Positions 50,700 to 62,902 of a DNA stretch of 64,000 bases are shown here, piece by piece. How positions within the stretch are numbered: position 1 is the first letter of the stretch; the number at the start of each line of letters is the position of its first letter. The translations under genes and the position numbers were made by a program. The DNA is from Octopus sinensis (taxonomy: Eukaryota), in contig NC_043018.1 in the NCBI RefSeq assembly GCF_006345805.1, forward strand, positions 29,450,001 to 29,514,000, in the 5' to 3' direction. The notes below the pieces were generated by a model. It saw nothing but the letters and a program-made list of their open reading frames with translations. It made no database searches and was not told the origin of the DNA.

Positions 50700-50860
50700 T
50701 TGAATGGTCCAAGTATTGTTCTATTCTTTTCTCTTAGTCCTTTCTGTTGAAGAGTATAAGCTCGAAACGTAACTCATTTTTCCTGACCGTCAAAATAATA
50801 CATTTACTCGCTGTTCCTACACCTGCCTTTGTCTTTTGTTTTACTATGAATTCCAACTAC
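50700..50860 (+). mobile_element. Short Penelope-type unit with variant hammerhead (50740-50772)
   Basis: cttt-CTGTTGA-a-gagt-ataa-gctc-GAAAC-GTA; lies between microsatellites. Confidence 0.5.
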
Positions 50861-50914
50861 ACACACACATACACACACACACACCACAGACACACATGTA
50901 TCTCTCTCTCATTA

Positions 50915-50951
<37 letters not shown>

Positions 50952-50953
50952 TA

Positions 50954-51007
<54 letters not shown>

Positions 51008-51403
51008 CACTATGCGTCTTATTCAGCGGAGAAAAGGTAATTAGCAAGTGCTCTGAAAGACTAATAAGATGCAAGCATAAAGTGAGGTGTATATTTTCAC
51101 AACTGGTATAATTAAATAATTATGTATTGTCAATAGTGATAGCCCGCTAGTTAAAGCTGCTCTCCGGTTGACATACACTAATACAGGTGTTAATTATACG
51201 TATTATATCTTTATTTTCAGAATCGACCATGTAGCATGTTCTCCAATTTGTACCTAATTGTATGCAAATTTCCATATACTTGTGCCTGTCACGAGCGAAG
51301 AACAGGTAGGGAATAGGTACTTCGAAAGACTTGATAGGCAAAATTAGATTGAAGACTAAATTTTAGTGATAAGGGTAATTAACTGGATAATCAATGAATG
51401 CAT

Positions 51404-51740
51404 ATACACCGTCTCGACTTACGACCGAGTTACGTTCCAACTTATGGGGGTCGTAAGTCGATCTGGTCGTATGTCGGATTTGTATTTTTTAACACTATTT
51501 TCATTGAAAGTCATCTGATGCTTGAAAGCGACTGTGTGAGAGTTGAGGCAAGCAGCGGATGCCTGGGTCTGGTGGGGGAGACCAACCTTGCTAGATGCTG
51601 CCATAGTTATTGTACGCGTAGCTGCCCAACGTCTGAAAATCGATTTTCTTATTTATAAATTTCATTTTATTTAATTTTTGTGGTCTTAAGGCGGATGGTC
51701 GTAAGCCGCATAGGCCGTAAGTCGAGAAGAATGTGTCTAT
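51404..51740. mobile_element. Pogo/Tigger-like non-autonomous element
   Basis: Inverted ends ctcgacttacgacc / ggccgtaagtcgag with internal repeats of gtcgtaag; the termini are degraded. Confidence 0.5.
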
Positions 51741-51898
51741 GGAGTATGTATTTATCGTCTGAATCCACTGTATAGTGTGATATTGAAATCGTATCTTTTG
51801 GAAGAATATTTCCTTGTATTTGTGCATATCACCATAAGAAAATACTGATATGTTACTCGTTGCCTGAAAGACTATTTGTGGACACGTACAGGTTTTGC

Positions 51899-51996
51899 GA
51901 TATTTGTACGTATGCAAGTGAATAGACGTGTTGTGACATTTGTACGTATGCAAGTGGATAGACGTGTGATATTTGTACGTATGCAAGTGGATACAC
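51899..51996. repeat. Three tandem ~33-36 bp units (gatatttgtacgtatgcaagtggatagacgtgt)
   Basis: Direct reading. Confidence 0.9.
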
Positions 51997-53424
51997 AAGC
52001 GAAAGTGAAGCCAGTACAACCATCCGTCTACGTAAATGAACCGATATGAAGACAAACTATCTGCCTGTGTTTGGACCGATATGAGCATAAACTATTAAAC
52101 AGGGTGGGACAGAGAGGACGGACATTTTTTGAAATGACTATTACTCAGTCCCAAGGGAGGGACACGTGTCCGACAGGTACCATTCGGTCCGTGGTATCTT
52201 AGCATATTTTTTCTCTTCAAGGGAAGCCATGGTACTTTGGACGATAGAGCATCGCGTGTTTGCCTATAACATTTACGTAGAAGATAGCTAATCTGTTACA
52301 GGTGTTCAGTGCGAGTTTTGGCGCCACTTCAACATTCACCGAAATCAGGTTGTTCCCACCCATGACAATCCTACCTAGTTTTGAAATTTTAATAATGAAG
52401 TGTATATAAGCGAATATGAATTTTTAGGCATATATCTATGCATGGGTATCTATATAAATGTAAAGATAAAATGGAAAGATCGCTCAGAGTATGTTTGAAT
52501 GTCCGATTACGTTTTGTGTTTCGATTTTCGCTCTATCTATGGTTGCTTTATGGTTTTTATTTGGCGGTTTTCATTATCAGTGTAAAGCATATTTGATTAA
52601 GTACTCTATTTTGATTACTATTTTATCTTATTTTTTGATTCTGTGTAAGTGTTCTTTTATCATCCAAGTTTCTCATGTATATGAGTAGCAGACGATAACT
52701 AGTAAAATGTATTCTAATGGAAATAAGCGAAACCGGTTAAAAAATTGCGATAACTTTTTCCAAGTGACCAACGAGATATCTCGGCACCTATGATGCACTG
52801 TAAATGTTTGTACATCACCTCATGCACGAGGCGCCTGATGCATGGTGGGTGGAAACGATCGTAGTGGATAATAGTCTCGTCAATTCCATTCTCTTCCTCT
52901 CATACTTTATATAATTATATAAAATTATATGTACATATATTTATGCACACACCCACCCAAAAATATATATATATATATATGTACACTCGTGTGTGCCAGC
53001 ATTTGTGTGCAATGGTGTGTATAGTTCTCTTCACAATGAACTAACGATCTGGCATCAGAAACATCGCCGTCACACGATACAAATTTCTATAACCAAAGCA
53101 GCACGACTTTGCTGATTGAATGGAGAGCTCTGTTGATAGCAAGACAACTTTATAAACTAATTGCTTTCATTTCAATTGTAATGACTTTAACTACCGACTT
53201 AGATCGCTTCATGAATATTAATTAACCATTGATACATGATTACAGATGCTCTCTACTCCCAATAGATACTGACATAGTTTAGCCTCACTTTATAAGAGCA
53301 ATAGCATTTCTTAATTGAAATATTAATGGCGCTTTTAAATATTCACCTTGTTAAGCCAGTAGCTTATTATTCTAGTGAATGTAATACTAACTATTGTTGC
53401 TATAACTGTTTTTATTATCATAAA

Positions 53425-54945
53425 GGCGCCGAACATGCAAAGTCGTTAGTACACCGGGCAAAACGCTTGCGATCTTTCGTCCGTCCTTAAGTTCTCAGTT
53501 CAAATTCCGTTGGGGTCGTCTTTACTTTTCCACCCTTTGGGGGTCGATAAAAGAAGTACCGTTTGAGCACTGCGGTTGATGTAATCGACTATCGCCCTCC
53601 CCTAAAACAAATTCCAACCTTGTGCCTATTGTAGGAAAGAGTATTTAGGCGCGGAGCAGGCAAAGAGTCGTTAGAGCGCCGGAGGAAATGCTTAGTGGCG
53701 TTTCTTCGATGTTACGTTTTCAGTTCCAATACCGCCTCGTTTGAGTTTACCTTTCATCACTTCTGGGTCGATGAAATATATACCAGTTAAGTACTGGGGA
53801 TCAATGTACTCAACTTATCTCCTACCTTGAATAGACTGAACTTGTGCTAAAATTTAAGCCGTTTTATTGATGCAACGAGCTGGCAGAATCGGTAGCGCAC
53901 CGGGCAAAATTCTTAGCGGCATTGCCTCTGTCTTTACACTGTGTTCAAATTCTGCTGATATCTATTTTGCCTTTCATTCTTTCGAGGTCGATAAAAAAGT
54001 ATACCAGTTGTGTAGTGGGGTCAATATAATCGACTAGCATCTTCGCTGAAAATGTCAGGCCTTCATTAGAATGGGTTGCTAATATTAGTGAGGCAGCGAT
54101 CAGGCAGAATCGTTAGTACAAAAGGCAAATGCATTCCTGCCAGTTTTATGCTTTGAGTTCAAACATCACCTTGATCAAATGGGATCTTTTCGGTTTGAAC
54201 GGCAGTTTTTTTTTAATAATTTCCACGTAACTAAACACTTTTAAACTTCGTATATTGGTAGAATGTCTTTATAAAACATCATTTTCTCTTGGCTTTATTG
54301 AGAAAATTCTATAGTTTGTAAGATATTTGTTGTTGTTTTTTCTTCACTTTCTGCAATTTCAACCAAACAATGACATCTATTGAGGTGGAAACATTCTGTG
54401 CCGTATGAACATGTCCCCCGTTTAAGAAACAGATTGGATATATTTACATTTCTGAAGAAAAAAAGGATACCCTTCCCCCCACCTCTAACCCTAACCCTAA
54501 AACAGATTGAAATGCAATAGATCGATACTACGATCATAATTATGGGTGACAATTTCATATGACACCGCTAGAAAAAACTGCCGTTCAAACCGAATAGATC
54601 CATCAAATGTACCTTTCAACTCCTCGGGGTCGATAAAATAATTACTTATTTTGCCCTGGGAGCGATCTATTTGACTTAGCCTCATCCCTCAAAGTTCCTG
54701 GCATTATATCAAAATGTGAAATAATTCTTTTTAAGGGGTTCTGACAGAACAGTTAGTACGTCGACAGAAATATTTAGTAACATTTCTTCCAGTGTAACGG
54801 TCTCAGTTCAAATCCGGCCAAGTCCCATTTTGACTTTCATCCTTTCGGGTCAATGAAGTAAATGGCTGTTGAGCCCTGGCGTCAGTGTAATCGCTCAGCC
54901 GCCTCCCATGAAATTTTAGGCCGTGCGCTTATAGTAAAAATATTG
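53425..54945 (+). mobile_element. Five head-to-tail diverged SINE family A units
   Basis: Heads at ~53425, 53647, 53874, 54090 and 54735; the fourth unit is split by MITE copy 3. Confidence 0.8.
54182..54601. mobile_element. MITE copy 3
   Basis: Same TIRs; perfect TSD atcaaatg at 54174-54181 and 54602-54609. Confidence 0.93.
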
Positions 54946-55471
54946 TTATTGCTGTTATATTAGTAGTGCTGGATCTCAGTCGACATCATAAAGTCATATA
55001 ACTAAGCTGCATACGATACTTTTAATTATTCTGTCTTAGAATATATCCGGTGTCTATAAAATAACAATGATATCTGTCAGAGAGTAAATATTTACAGAGT
55101 ATGATAGGTGTAAATAGAAAGACTTGATGGTTAAAAATAATTAATGCATATATATATATTTAATTTTAATGGCTTGATCAACGGAAGGAGGATGGTGCTC
55201 ATAACAATTTCGAATCCTCTATAACTGATGGCGAAAAGAGAGACATTTTTCGTCAGATCATGGAGTTATCCTAAAAACTCACCACAAAGTGGGCCAGAGA
55301 CCTGCTACTCATTCGGTTTAAAGTGGCTGATGGATTGATTTGTCACTCATCAAAATAAATGATTTCTCCGCACGGCTTACATTCAGTTTCCTATTACTAA
55401 ATTTCTCTGAGACATTGGTCAACCTTAGATTACGTAAATAAAACGAAACTGCACAAAGTATCTCACTATGA

Positions 55472-55945
55472 CTTACTAGTACTTGTACTTGTGACGGCGT
55501 TAATCCAGGGCGGATTGAGCTGGCTTCTTCTCTGGTCCTCACGACATCACGAACCATGGCAGCCCAGGCTCGACGGTCCTGCACGAGGTCACTGGAGATA
55601 TCGAGCCATTCGCGGTTCCATCTGCGCAGACCGACCACCTGCGGACCTGATAGTTCGGAGAGGTCCTCCTTTATCGTCGTTGCCCAGGTCTTTATATGCC
55701 AGTCCCTGCGTTTCCGCCAGTTGGGAAGTGGAAGTGGGAGGAGGACATCGCGAATCAGCTCACCCTCTGGACGCCGGGCCGCATGACCGAACCACCTTAA
55801 GCGCCGTTGTAGAAGCACCGAAGGGAGGGGCTGGAGATTCAGGCGACGATTCGGCAGCGAAGAATGAGGTGGAGATAGGTATTGACGAACAGCTCTAGCC
55901 TTCCCTGTTCGACTACCCTCATAGGCCATGTTTCACAACCATGTT
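55472..55945 (-). mobile_element. 5'-truncated RTE-clade LINE inserted in a SINE family D copy
   Basis: HGCETWPM, RRLRWFGHAARR, WATTIKEDL, DRRAW; caagtacaagta tail; TSD tcactatga at 55463-55471 and 55946-55954. Confidence 0.9.
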
Positions 55946-57075
55946 TCACTATGAGATCGAACTGGAAACCACAGATTAGCAAATCAACCTTCCAACCACA
56001 CAGCCATACTACATTAAATATCAAAGTGGCCGCGTGGAGCTTAGTTGTTTCGCTCATAAACACACACATCGTCCGGTCTGAGATTCGAATCCGCGATCAC
56101 TCAACTGCGAGTCCGCTGCTCTAACCACTAGGCCATGTGCCTCCACGTGAAATGAAATAGTTTACTAAAAATATTCAACACACCACTCGCTCCGGGAATC
56201 GAAACCGTATTCTTGTGAGTACAACACACTAAAGACGAGAACAAGAGTCTTCACAGATACACGCCAGTTATCAACATGAACGATTTCTCCCGCAGAACTT
56301 CCACGAAGTTTCTATCTACCAAATTTCTCTAAAGAGACATTGATAAACGTGAGATAACCTTAAATGAAAATACACAAAGCAACTCACAGTGAGATCGAAC
56401 TCAAAACCACGGCTTAGCCAAACAAACTTCCAACCACACAGCCATGCTACATTAAATATCAAAGTCCAGTTACAATTATTTTCTCATTTCCAATGTTTTA
56501 ATATTTCTCTTACATACAACTAATATTGGCGTTCTAACATTAAAAGTTTCTGGTGTTTGATGTAATTTCTTCAATTAATATATTTATTCAATATTACATA
56601 ATAATTACCAAAGGGAAAATAGAAAAATACGTTTTTTTAATAACGTCTATGTTTATCAAGGCAAATATAATATTAAGCAGCATTTTGTTTTATCTTTCGA
56701 ATCATTGGTTTCAGAATTACAAATAAAAAACATCTGGCTCTGTTAGTAAATTTCAAACGATCCATCCATTTGTAATTCTAATATTTCTCGTACTAAATAC
56801 CCACCGCCACCACCACTGTACAGTAAGAGATACACTAAATCATGTGACTCGCTCTGCTTATTCTTCACAAATGAAGAGAATATGTACTCGTGTTCAGTGA
56901 ATGTAACGTCACATTTGTTTGTAGAGAGTGTGTATATTTATATGTCGTCTGTTGAGCTCAATCTAATGTCTCTCTACTTCTGTCATTATTTAAAACCTGA
57001 TTTCAAATATTTGATAATAAGTTTCCTAATCCTTCCCCAACTTCTCATTCTCCTGTTGCAAATAATAAATGACGG

Positions 57076-57512
57076 GGATCTTTTCGGTTGAACGGCAGTT
57101 TTTTTCTAGCGGTGTCATATGAAATTGTCACCCATAATTATGATCCTATTATCGATCTTTTGCATTTCAATCTGTTTTAGGGTTAGGGTTAGTTAGGGTT
57201 AGGGTTATGGTTAGGTGTGGGGTGAAGGGTATCTTTTTTTCTTCACAAATGTAAATAAACCCAATCTGTTTCTTAAACGAGGGACATATTCATACGGCAC
57301 ATAATGTTTTTACCTCAATAGACGCATTTGATTGGTTGAAATTGCAAAAATTGAAGAAAAAAACAACTAATATCTTACAAACTATAGAATTTTCTCAATA
57401 AAGCCAAGAGAAAAAGATGTTTTATAAACACATTCTACCAGTATACGAAGTTTAAAATTTTTTAGTTACGTGGAAATTATGTTAAAAACTGCCGTTCAAA
57501 CCAAACAGATCC
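57076..57512. mobile_element. MITE copy 4 with longest (TTAGGG)n tract
   Basis: Same TIRs; perfect TSD aatgacgg at 57068-57075 and 57513-57520; ttagggttagggttagttagggttaggg at ~57177-57205. Confidence 0.93.
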
Positions 57513-58639
57513 AATGACGGTTCCGCAGATTCTTGCTTAACAACATGCTCAGGTGATTTGCTAAAAGTGATCAAAAGTTTGCGTTGTCCATTAGCTCACT
57601 CCCTTCATTGAATCAACGCTATCTGTACAGGTGAGCGGTGTACCACACGTCACCGTATTGAAGTCAACGTAGAACAACGAGAGACGTCAGGTCTGAGAAT
57701 CGAAATAACGATCATGCGATCGGGCGCGCAACACCCTGACCACCGAAATAAAATTAGAAAACCACAAATATTTGTTTTCATTGATAACGCTTTCTTACTC
57801 TTGTTATTGTTTAACCTTATAAACCTCATGGAGTAGACATAGAACATTAATCTTACTTTCAGATGTACATATATATATATATAAGCAACAAGGATAGCCA
57901 GAGGTAATGCAGTACGATCGTTTCATGCAACTCCATTTAATTGAACAATGCAATCATTACATCAATTTAAAATGTAGAGCAATCTTCAGTTGCACAAAGA
58001 CATAGAATTTAATTAAATTAGAACAGATGGACACATCAATATAATTATACCTACAATTTCCAAGGGGTTAAAGAGATAGATAAAGATGGTGTCTCTACTT
58101 CAGCATAGAAGTTACTAAAATTATCAAGAAGACTCTGCCTGCCACTGAGTTTTTGTCTTTATGGGGTCAGTTTTAATTTATAGACTAGTTTATCGAATCC
58201 CTTGTATATCTAAGGCTGAGAGAACAGAGGGCAGTATATGTTATGGGTAGGGCTGAGTGGAGTAGACAGACATTCTAGTTGGTATTGCCATAAAGATTCA
58301 TCGTAAGCTGCCAGATAAGTGTATTATTTTGAGAAAATAACACTATTATTTCTACCAGATCTAAAAACCGTATAGAAATTCCCTCGCCGATAACGTATTC
58401 TTGACACGAGGATTCTTCACTAAGAAAATCAAAATCTTATTTATAAAATGTTATACGATGCAGTTTTCGGTTTACAAAATTCTATTTATTGTGTTTTCAT
58501 ATGTTTATACATTTTAGTTGGATTAGCAGTAATCCACAGAATTTACTCGTTTGGAGCAATTTACTAGAATATATAAAACGGGCTGAAGTATGCACCGATA
58601 ATCTGTAGGATTTATGTTTAAATTATTTTTTATCGTTTA

Positions 58640-59190
58640 CTTGTTTCAATAATTGGACTGCAGCCACGCTGGGAATGGATCCTCACACTTAACTTTTTGT
58701 TAAGGTTTTTACTTATATCATCGGGGTCTTTTGCTGAAGTGCTAAGTTACGACGACGTAACTTGTCAAACCTTGGTGGGGGACAGACTCAAAGATACAAA
58801 CACAGACGTGTATTCGTGTGTGTGTGGGTGCATGTGCCTGTGTATGTATATGTATATATGTACATGTGTGTGTGTGTGCGTGTGTGAGTGTCCTCGGCAT
58901 TTCTTATTTCTTTATTGCCCACAAGGGGCTAAACATAGAGGGGACAAACAAGAATAGACAAAGGTATTAAGTCGATTACATCGATCCCAGTGTGTAACTG
59001 GTACTGAATTTATCGACCCCGAATGGATGAAAGGCAAAGTCGACCTCGGCTCAACATTTCAGCCTACCAAATTACCACACAAAGATTTGGTTGACCCGGG
59101 GATATAGCAGGTTACACTTGCCCAACATTCTACAAAGTGGGACTGAACCCGGACTCGTATGGCTGGGAAGCAAACGTCTTGCCAGACAGA
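58640..59190 (-). mobile_element. Composite SINE family D with a nested family A piece (58905-59050)
   Basis: Head at 59060-59190, microsatellite, 3' module at 58640-58810. Confidence 0.7.
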
Positions 59191-59699
59191 ACACTTGCGT
59201 CTTTATCATGTCTATATTTTCCGATAGATTTTGTCTGCTTAGCCGTGTTATACGTAATCAGCTGTATTATCTCTACACATTCAGTAGGATTATCAATAAT
59301 CGGCTAGATTATATGTATATTATCAACTGTAATAAGTTGGTTCATGTGAATTATGTGTTTAAGTGCAAACGGATTAAATGTATTAATCTTGAGAATGTGT
59401 GATGAACTGGATTATGTCTACATTTTTGGTGAGTTATATGTAATCTGATGGATTAGAGGTAATCAACTTGATTAGAAATGTCTTTGTGAGTAATACAATC
59501 GCTTTGTACCTATGTCGTTCTGTGTTGTCTCACTGCATAGAACCTTCGGTAACTTGCTTCTGTCGTAGCACCAAACTGAAAAATGCTTTGTGAGTGAATT
59601 TTGTAAACAGATGTCTGTAGTACATACATACATACATACATACATACATACATACATACATACATACATACATACATAATATGTACATAATATATACAT

Positions 59700-60270
59700 A
59701 AACATGATAGAACTGACACGATGATTTAGGAGAGAAGCGGAATTATTTACAGTTGTGGAAATCAGCTGCTTAGCGGATGTTAAGATAAAGCTAAAGATCC
59801 GCGAAAAAGAAAATACCTATGCTCAACTAATGAGAAACCTACAGTTACTCAACCCATATTACAAGTTCAGGTTCATACCTGTAATTATTAGGGCACTGGG
59901 ATATGCAATGCACTTTCTAAGGGCCAATCATAGGAAATTAGGTTTCTTAAAACCAGAAAGGAGAAGGCTAATTCGAAGACTACAGATCTAATTCATAACT
60001 GGAACAGTAAAAATCTGTAAAACTTGCCAGAAAGTTGTCATTTAACTATATATGCGCGTGACTGGACATACAACTATATGCATGAGAAAACATACGTAAA
60101 ACAATATATTCAAACATGCACATGTACTGACACAAAATACTGCACATATACACATATTAAAAAAACCATGTTGATGGTTTTGAAATTCTAATGAAGGAGC
60201 CTTGGGTCTAATTTAGAAATCTGCTCTTTCTTCATTGGTAAGAAATTTTGAAATAAAACTGAATAACGAC
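59700..60270 (+). mobile_element. RLE-type non-LTR retrotransposon 3' fragment in (ATAC)n, copy 2
   Basis: TVVEISCLADVKIKLKIREKENTYAQLMRNLQLLNPYYKFRFIPVIIRALG..LIRRLQI..GTVKICK; ATAC tracts at 59622-59678 and from 60271. Confidence 0.85.
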
Positions 60271-60355
60271 ATACATACATACATACATACATACATACAT
60301 ACATACATACATACATACATACATACATACATACATACATACGTACATTATGTAT

Positions 60356-60454
60356 GTCATTTTTCAGTTTTATTTTAAGATTTCTTGTCAATAGAGAAAG
60401 CCGGTATCTAATCTAGATCCAAGGCTTCTTCATTGAAATTTCAACATCAACAAC
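60356..60454 (-). mobile_element. Same RLE family, terminal ~100 bp, inverted copy 3
   Basis: Reverse complement of the 60170-60270 end; ATAC repeats on both sides when read on the minus strand. Confidence 0.82.
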
Positions 60455-61264
60455 TATGTATGCATATATGTATGTATGTATGTATGTACGTACGTACGTA
60501 CGTATGTATGTACGTACGTACGTACGTATGTATGTACGTATGTATGTATGTATGTATGTATGTATGTATGTATGTATGTATGCATGTATGTGTGTCTGTG
60601 TTTCATTGTGTGTTTGTGTACCCCTCCCACCGCTTGACAATTTATCCGGCTTTTTTTTACGTCGTCGTTCCTTAACACTTTGATAAAAGAGATGGATAGA
60701 ACATTTTAGCCCTGGTGTCTATTGATCCGATCAAAACTCTCAAGGCGGTGCCCCAGCTTGACTGCAACCTAATAACTTAAACATGTTAAAAACTAAAACA
60801 TAAAGGGCAATGATATGAATCATTGCCTACATTTTCAATTCTATTGTATATAATCAGCTACATATTTATCGTAATTAGCTTTAACTGTCAACAAACAATA
60901 GGCTTATTGACTTGAAATAGAAATGAAAAGAGAATTGAACTGATTCTGCCTGCCCTAAGGATATCAAAGACTGAAAAGTAAATAATTCGATTCAAGGTGC
61001 ACGAAAATAGGAATGGTTAATTCGATTCGCAGAAGGCTGTATCACTTTGCCATTCTCCTTACTGTACCATACTCACCTCTCATTAATTCATGAACTCATT
61101 TCTGAGTCGGAACTAAACTATATAAAATATATGGACAGGTGTAAAACAGAATGAGACAATAGAAATAAGTTCGCGTGTAATTTAGAAATCGGTAATTGAT
61201 ACTGCTTCCGGAAATTTTCTGACGTAGAGTGATATGCGTTTTTCAAAATATCTCTTATCTCTAT

Positions 61265-61680
61265 TCTTTTAATTGTTTCAGCTATTTGGACTGCGGCCAT
61301 ACTGGGGCACTGCATTGAAAGGCTTTTACTTCCACTTCGACCCCAGTATTTAGTTTTTGAAATCTAATAATTTTTTGATCAGTTCTATTTCGTCTAACTG
61401 CAAGGTTACAAGGACATAAACGTCCAACACTGGGTCTTAAGTGGTGGATGAAGAGGAAAACACACACACACACAAACGGACACGGACACGGACACGGACA
61501 CACATACTCACATATACGACGGGCTTCCAGATAATTTTCGTCTACCAAATTAACTCAGAAGGCATTGCTCGACTCAGAGCTATAGTAGCAAATACTTGCC
61601 TAAGGTACAGCACAGAAGAACAGAACCCGACATCACATGTTTCCAGAATATTCTTTTTAGCCACACATCCATGCGCTTAG
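61265..61680 (-). mobile_element. Composite SINE family D, complete, with a short internal repeat
   Basis: Head, (gtccgt)n(gt)n, then the 3' module ending ccagtatggccgcagtccaaatagctgaaacaattaaaaga. Confidence 0.75.
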
Positions 61681-61999
61681 ATTAATCTTATTGAAGCCAG
61701 TGAAAGTTTGTCTTAGGCGGGAATCAATGAGAGGTGAGTATGGTACAGTAAAGAGAGTGGTGAAGTGATATAGCTTTCTGTGAATCTAATTAACTATTCC
61801 CATTTTAGTGTACCTTGAATCGAATTATCTACTTTTAAGTCTTTAATATCATTAGGGCAGGCAGTATTGGTTCCATTCTCGTTTCATTCCTATTTCAAGT
61901 CAATAAACCTAATTAGAACATGAAGCTAAAAAAGATGTAGAGGCTTGTAAAAGAAATGAAGCTGCCATATTTGGAACAAATATATTAGAGAAAACGATA

Positions 62000-62830
62000 A
62001 ACAAGCGACCCCAGTAGAGTTGTTAGCAGCTGGGAAAAGTGCTTTTACAGTATTTCGTCCGTTTTTATGTTCTGAATTCAACTACTGCCGACGTCGACTT
62101 TGCCTTTCATTATTTCGGGGTTGATACAAAAAGGGTACCAGTTCAGCGCTGGCGACGATGTAATCGGCTTAACCCTCCGCAGTAGTTGCTGGCCTTATGC
62201 CAAACTTTGAAACCTATATAAACTAGTTGTACGTCGGTATAGGAAGAATATGTACAGCCTAGGTTAAATATTATCGATGAAAACAGCGGGACCACCATAA
62301 GTATTGACGAGTGTTTCACAGTTAGAGTAAATCAGATTTAGAATTTCTTAATGTTTTATGTAATTATAATTATTATTCCACACAGAAGGGAATATGATTT
62401 TAAAAACCTGAACTAAAAATCAAATACTTTCTTTCAATATAGGCACAGGGGCTGAATTTTGGAGGGAGGGGACTAGTCAGGGGACTATCGATTTCCGTCC
62501 TCAACTGGAATTCATTTGATCGACTCTGCAATGCTGAAAAGCAAAGCCGGTCTCCATGGAATTTGAGATCAAAACTTTAAAACGGACGAAATGCCGCTAA
62601 ACATTTCGTCCGGGTGGATAACGATTCATGAATCACCGATAATAATCCTTACAATAGGCAGAAAGCCTGAAATTTTGGGGGAGGGGGCAATTCGATCACA
62701 TCAACCCCAGTGTTTAGTGGTATTTAATTTATCGGCCCGAAAGAATGAAAGTAAAATTTGACCACGGCGGAATTTGAACTCAGATCAAAGCGGTTAAAAA
62801 TTTCTCCCAGCCTGCTAACGATTCAGCCAG
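62000..62830. mobile_element. Cluster of diverged SINE family A copies (one plus, two minus)
   Basis: Central-block and tail matches at 62000-62220, 62440-62640 and 62650-62830. Confidence 0.7.
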
Positions 62831-62902
62831 TTCTGCAACTATGACAAGCATACTTGTGTGGAGAAGAAGCTCGATGTGGTAACCACGTTGTGTTGAGTAG
62901 AT

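Noticed and set aside
51221-51306. Exon-like segment with ttttcag and gtaggg; death-domain-like LGTNW on the opposite strand
   Set aside because: The two readings conflict and neither extends into a recognisable domain.
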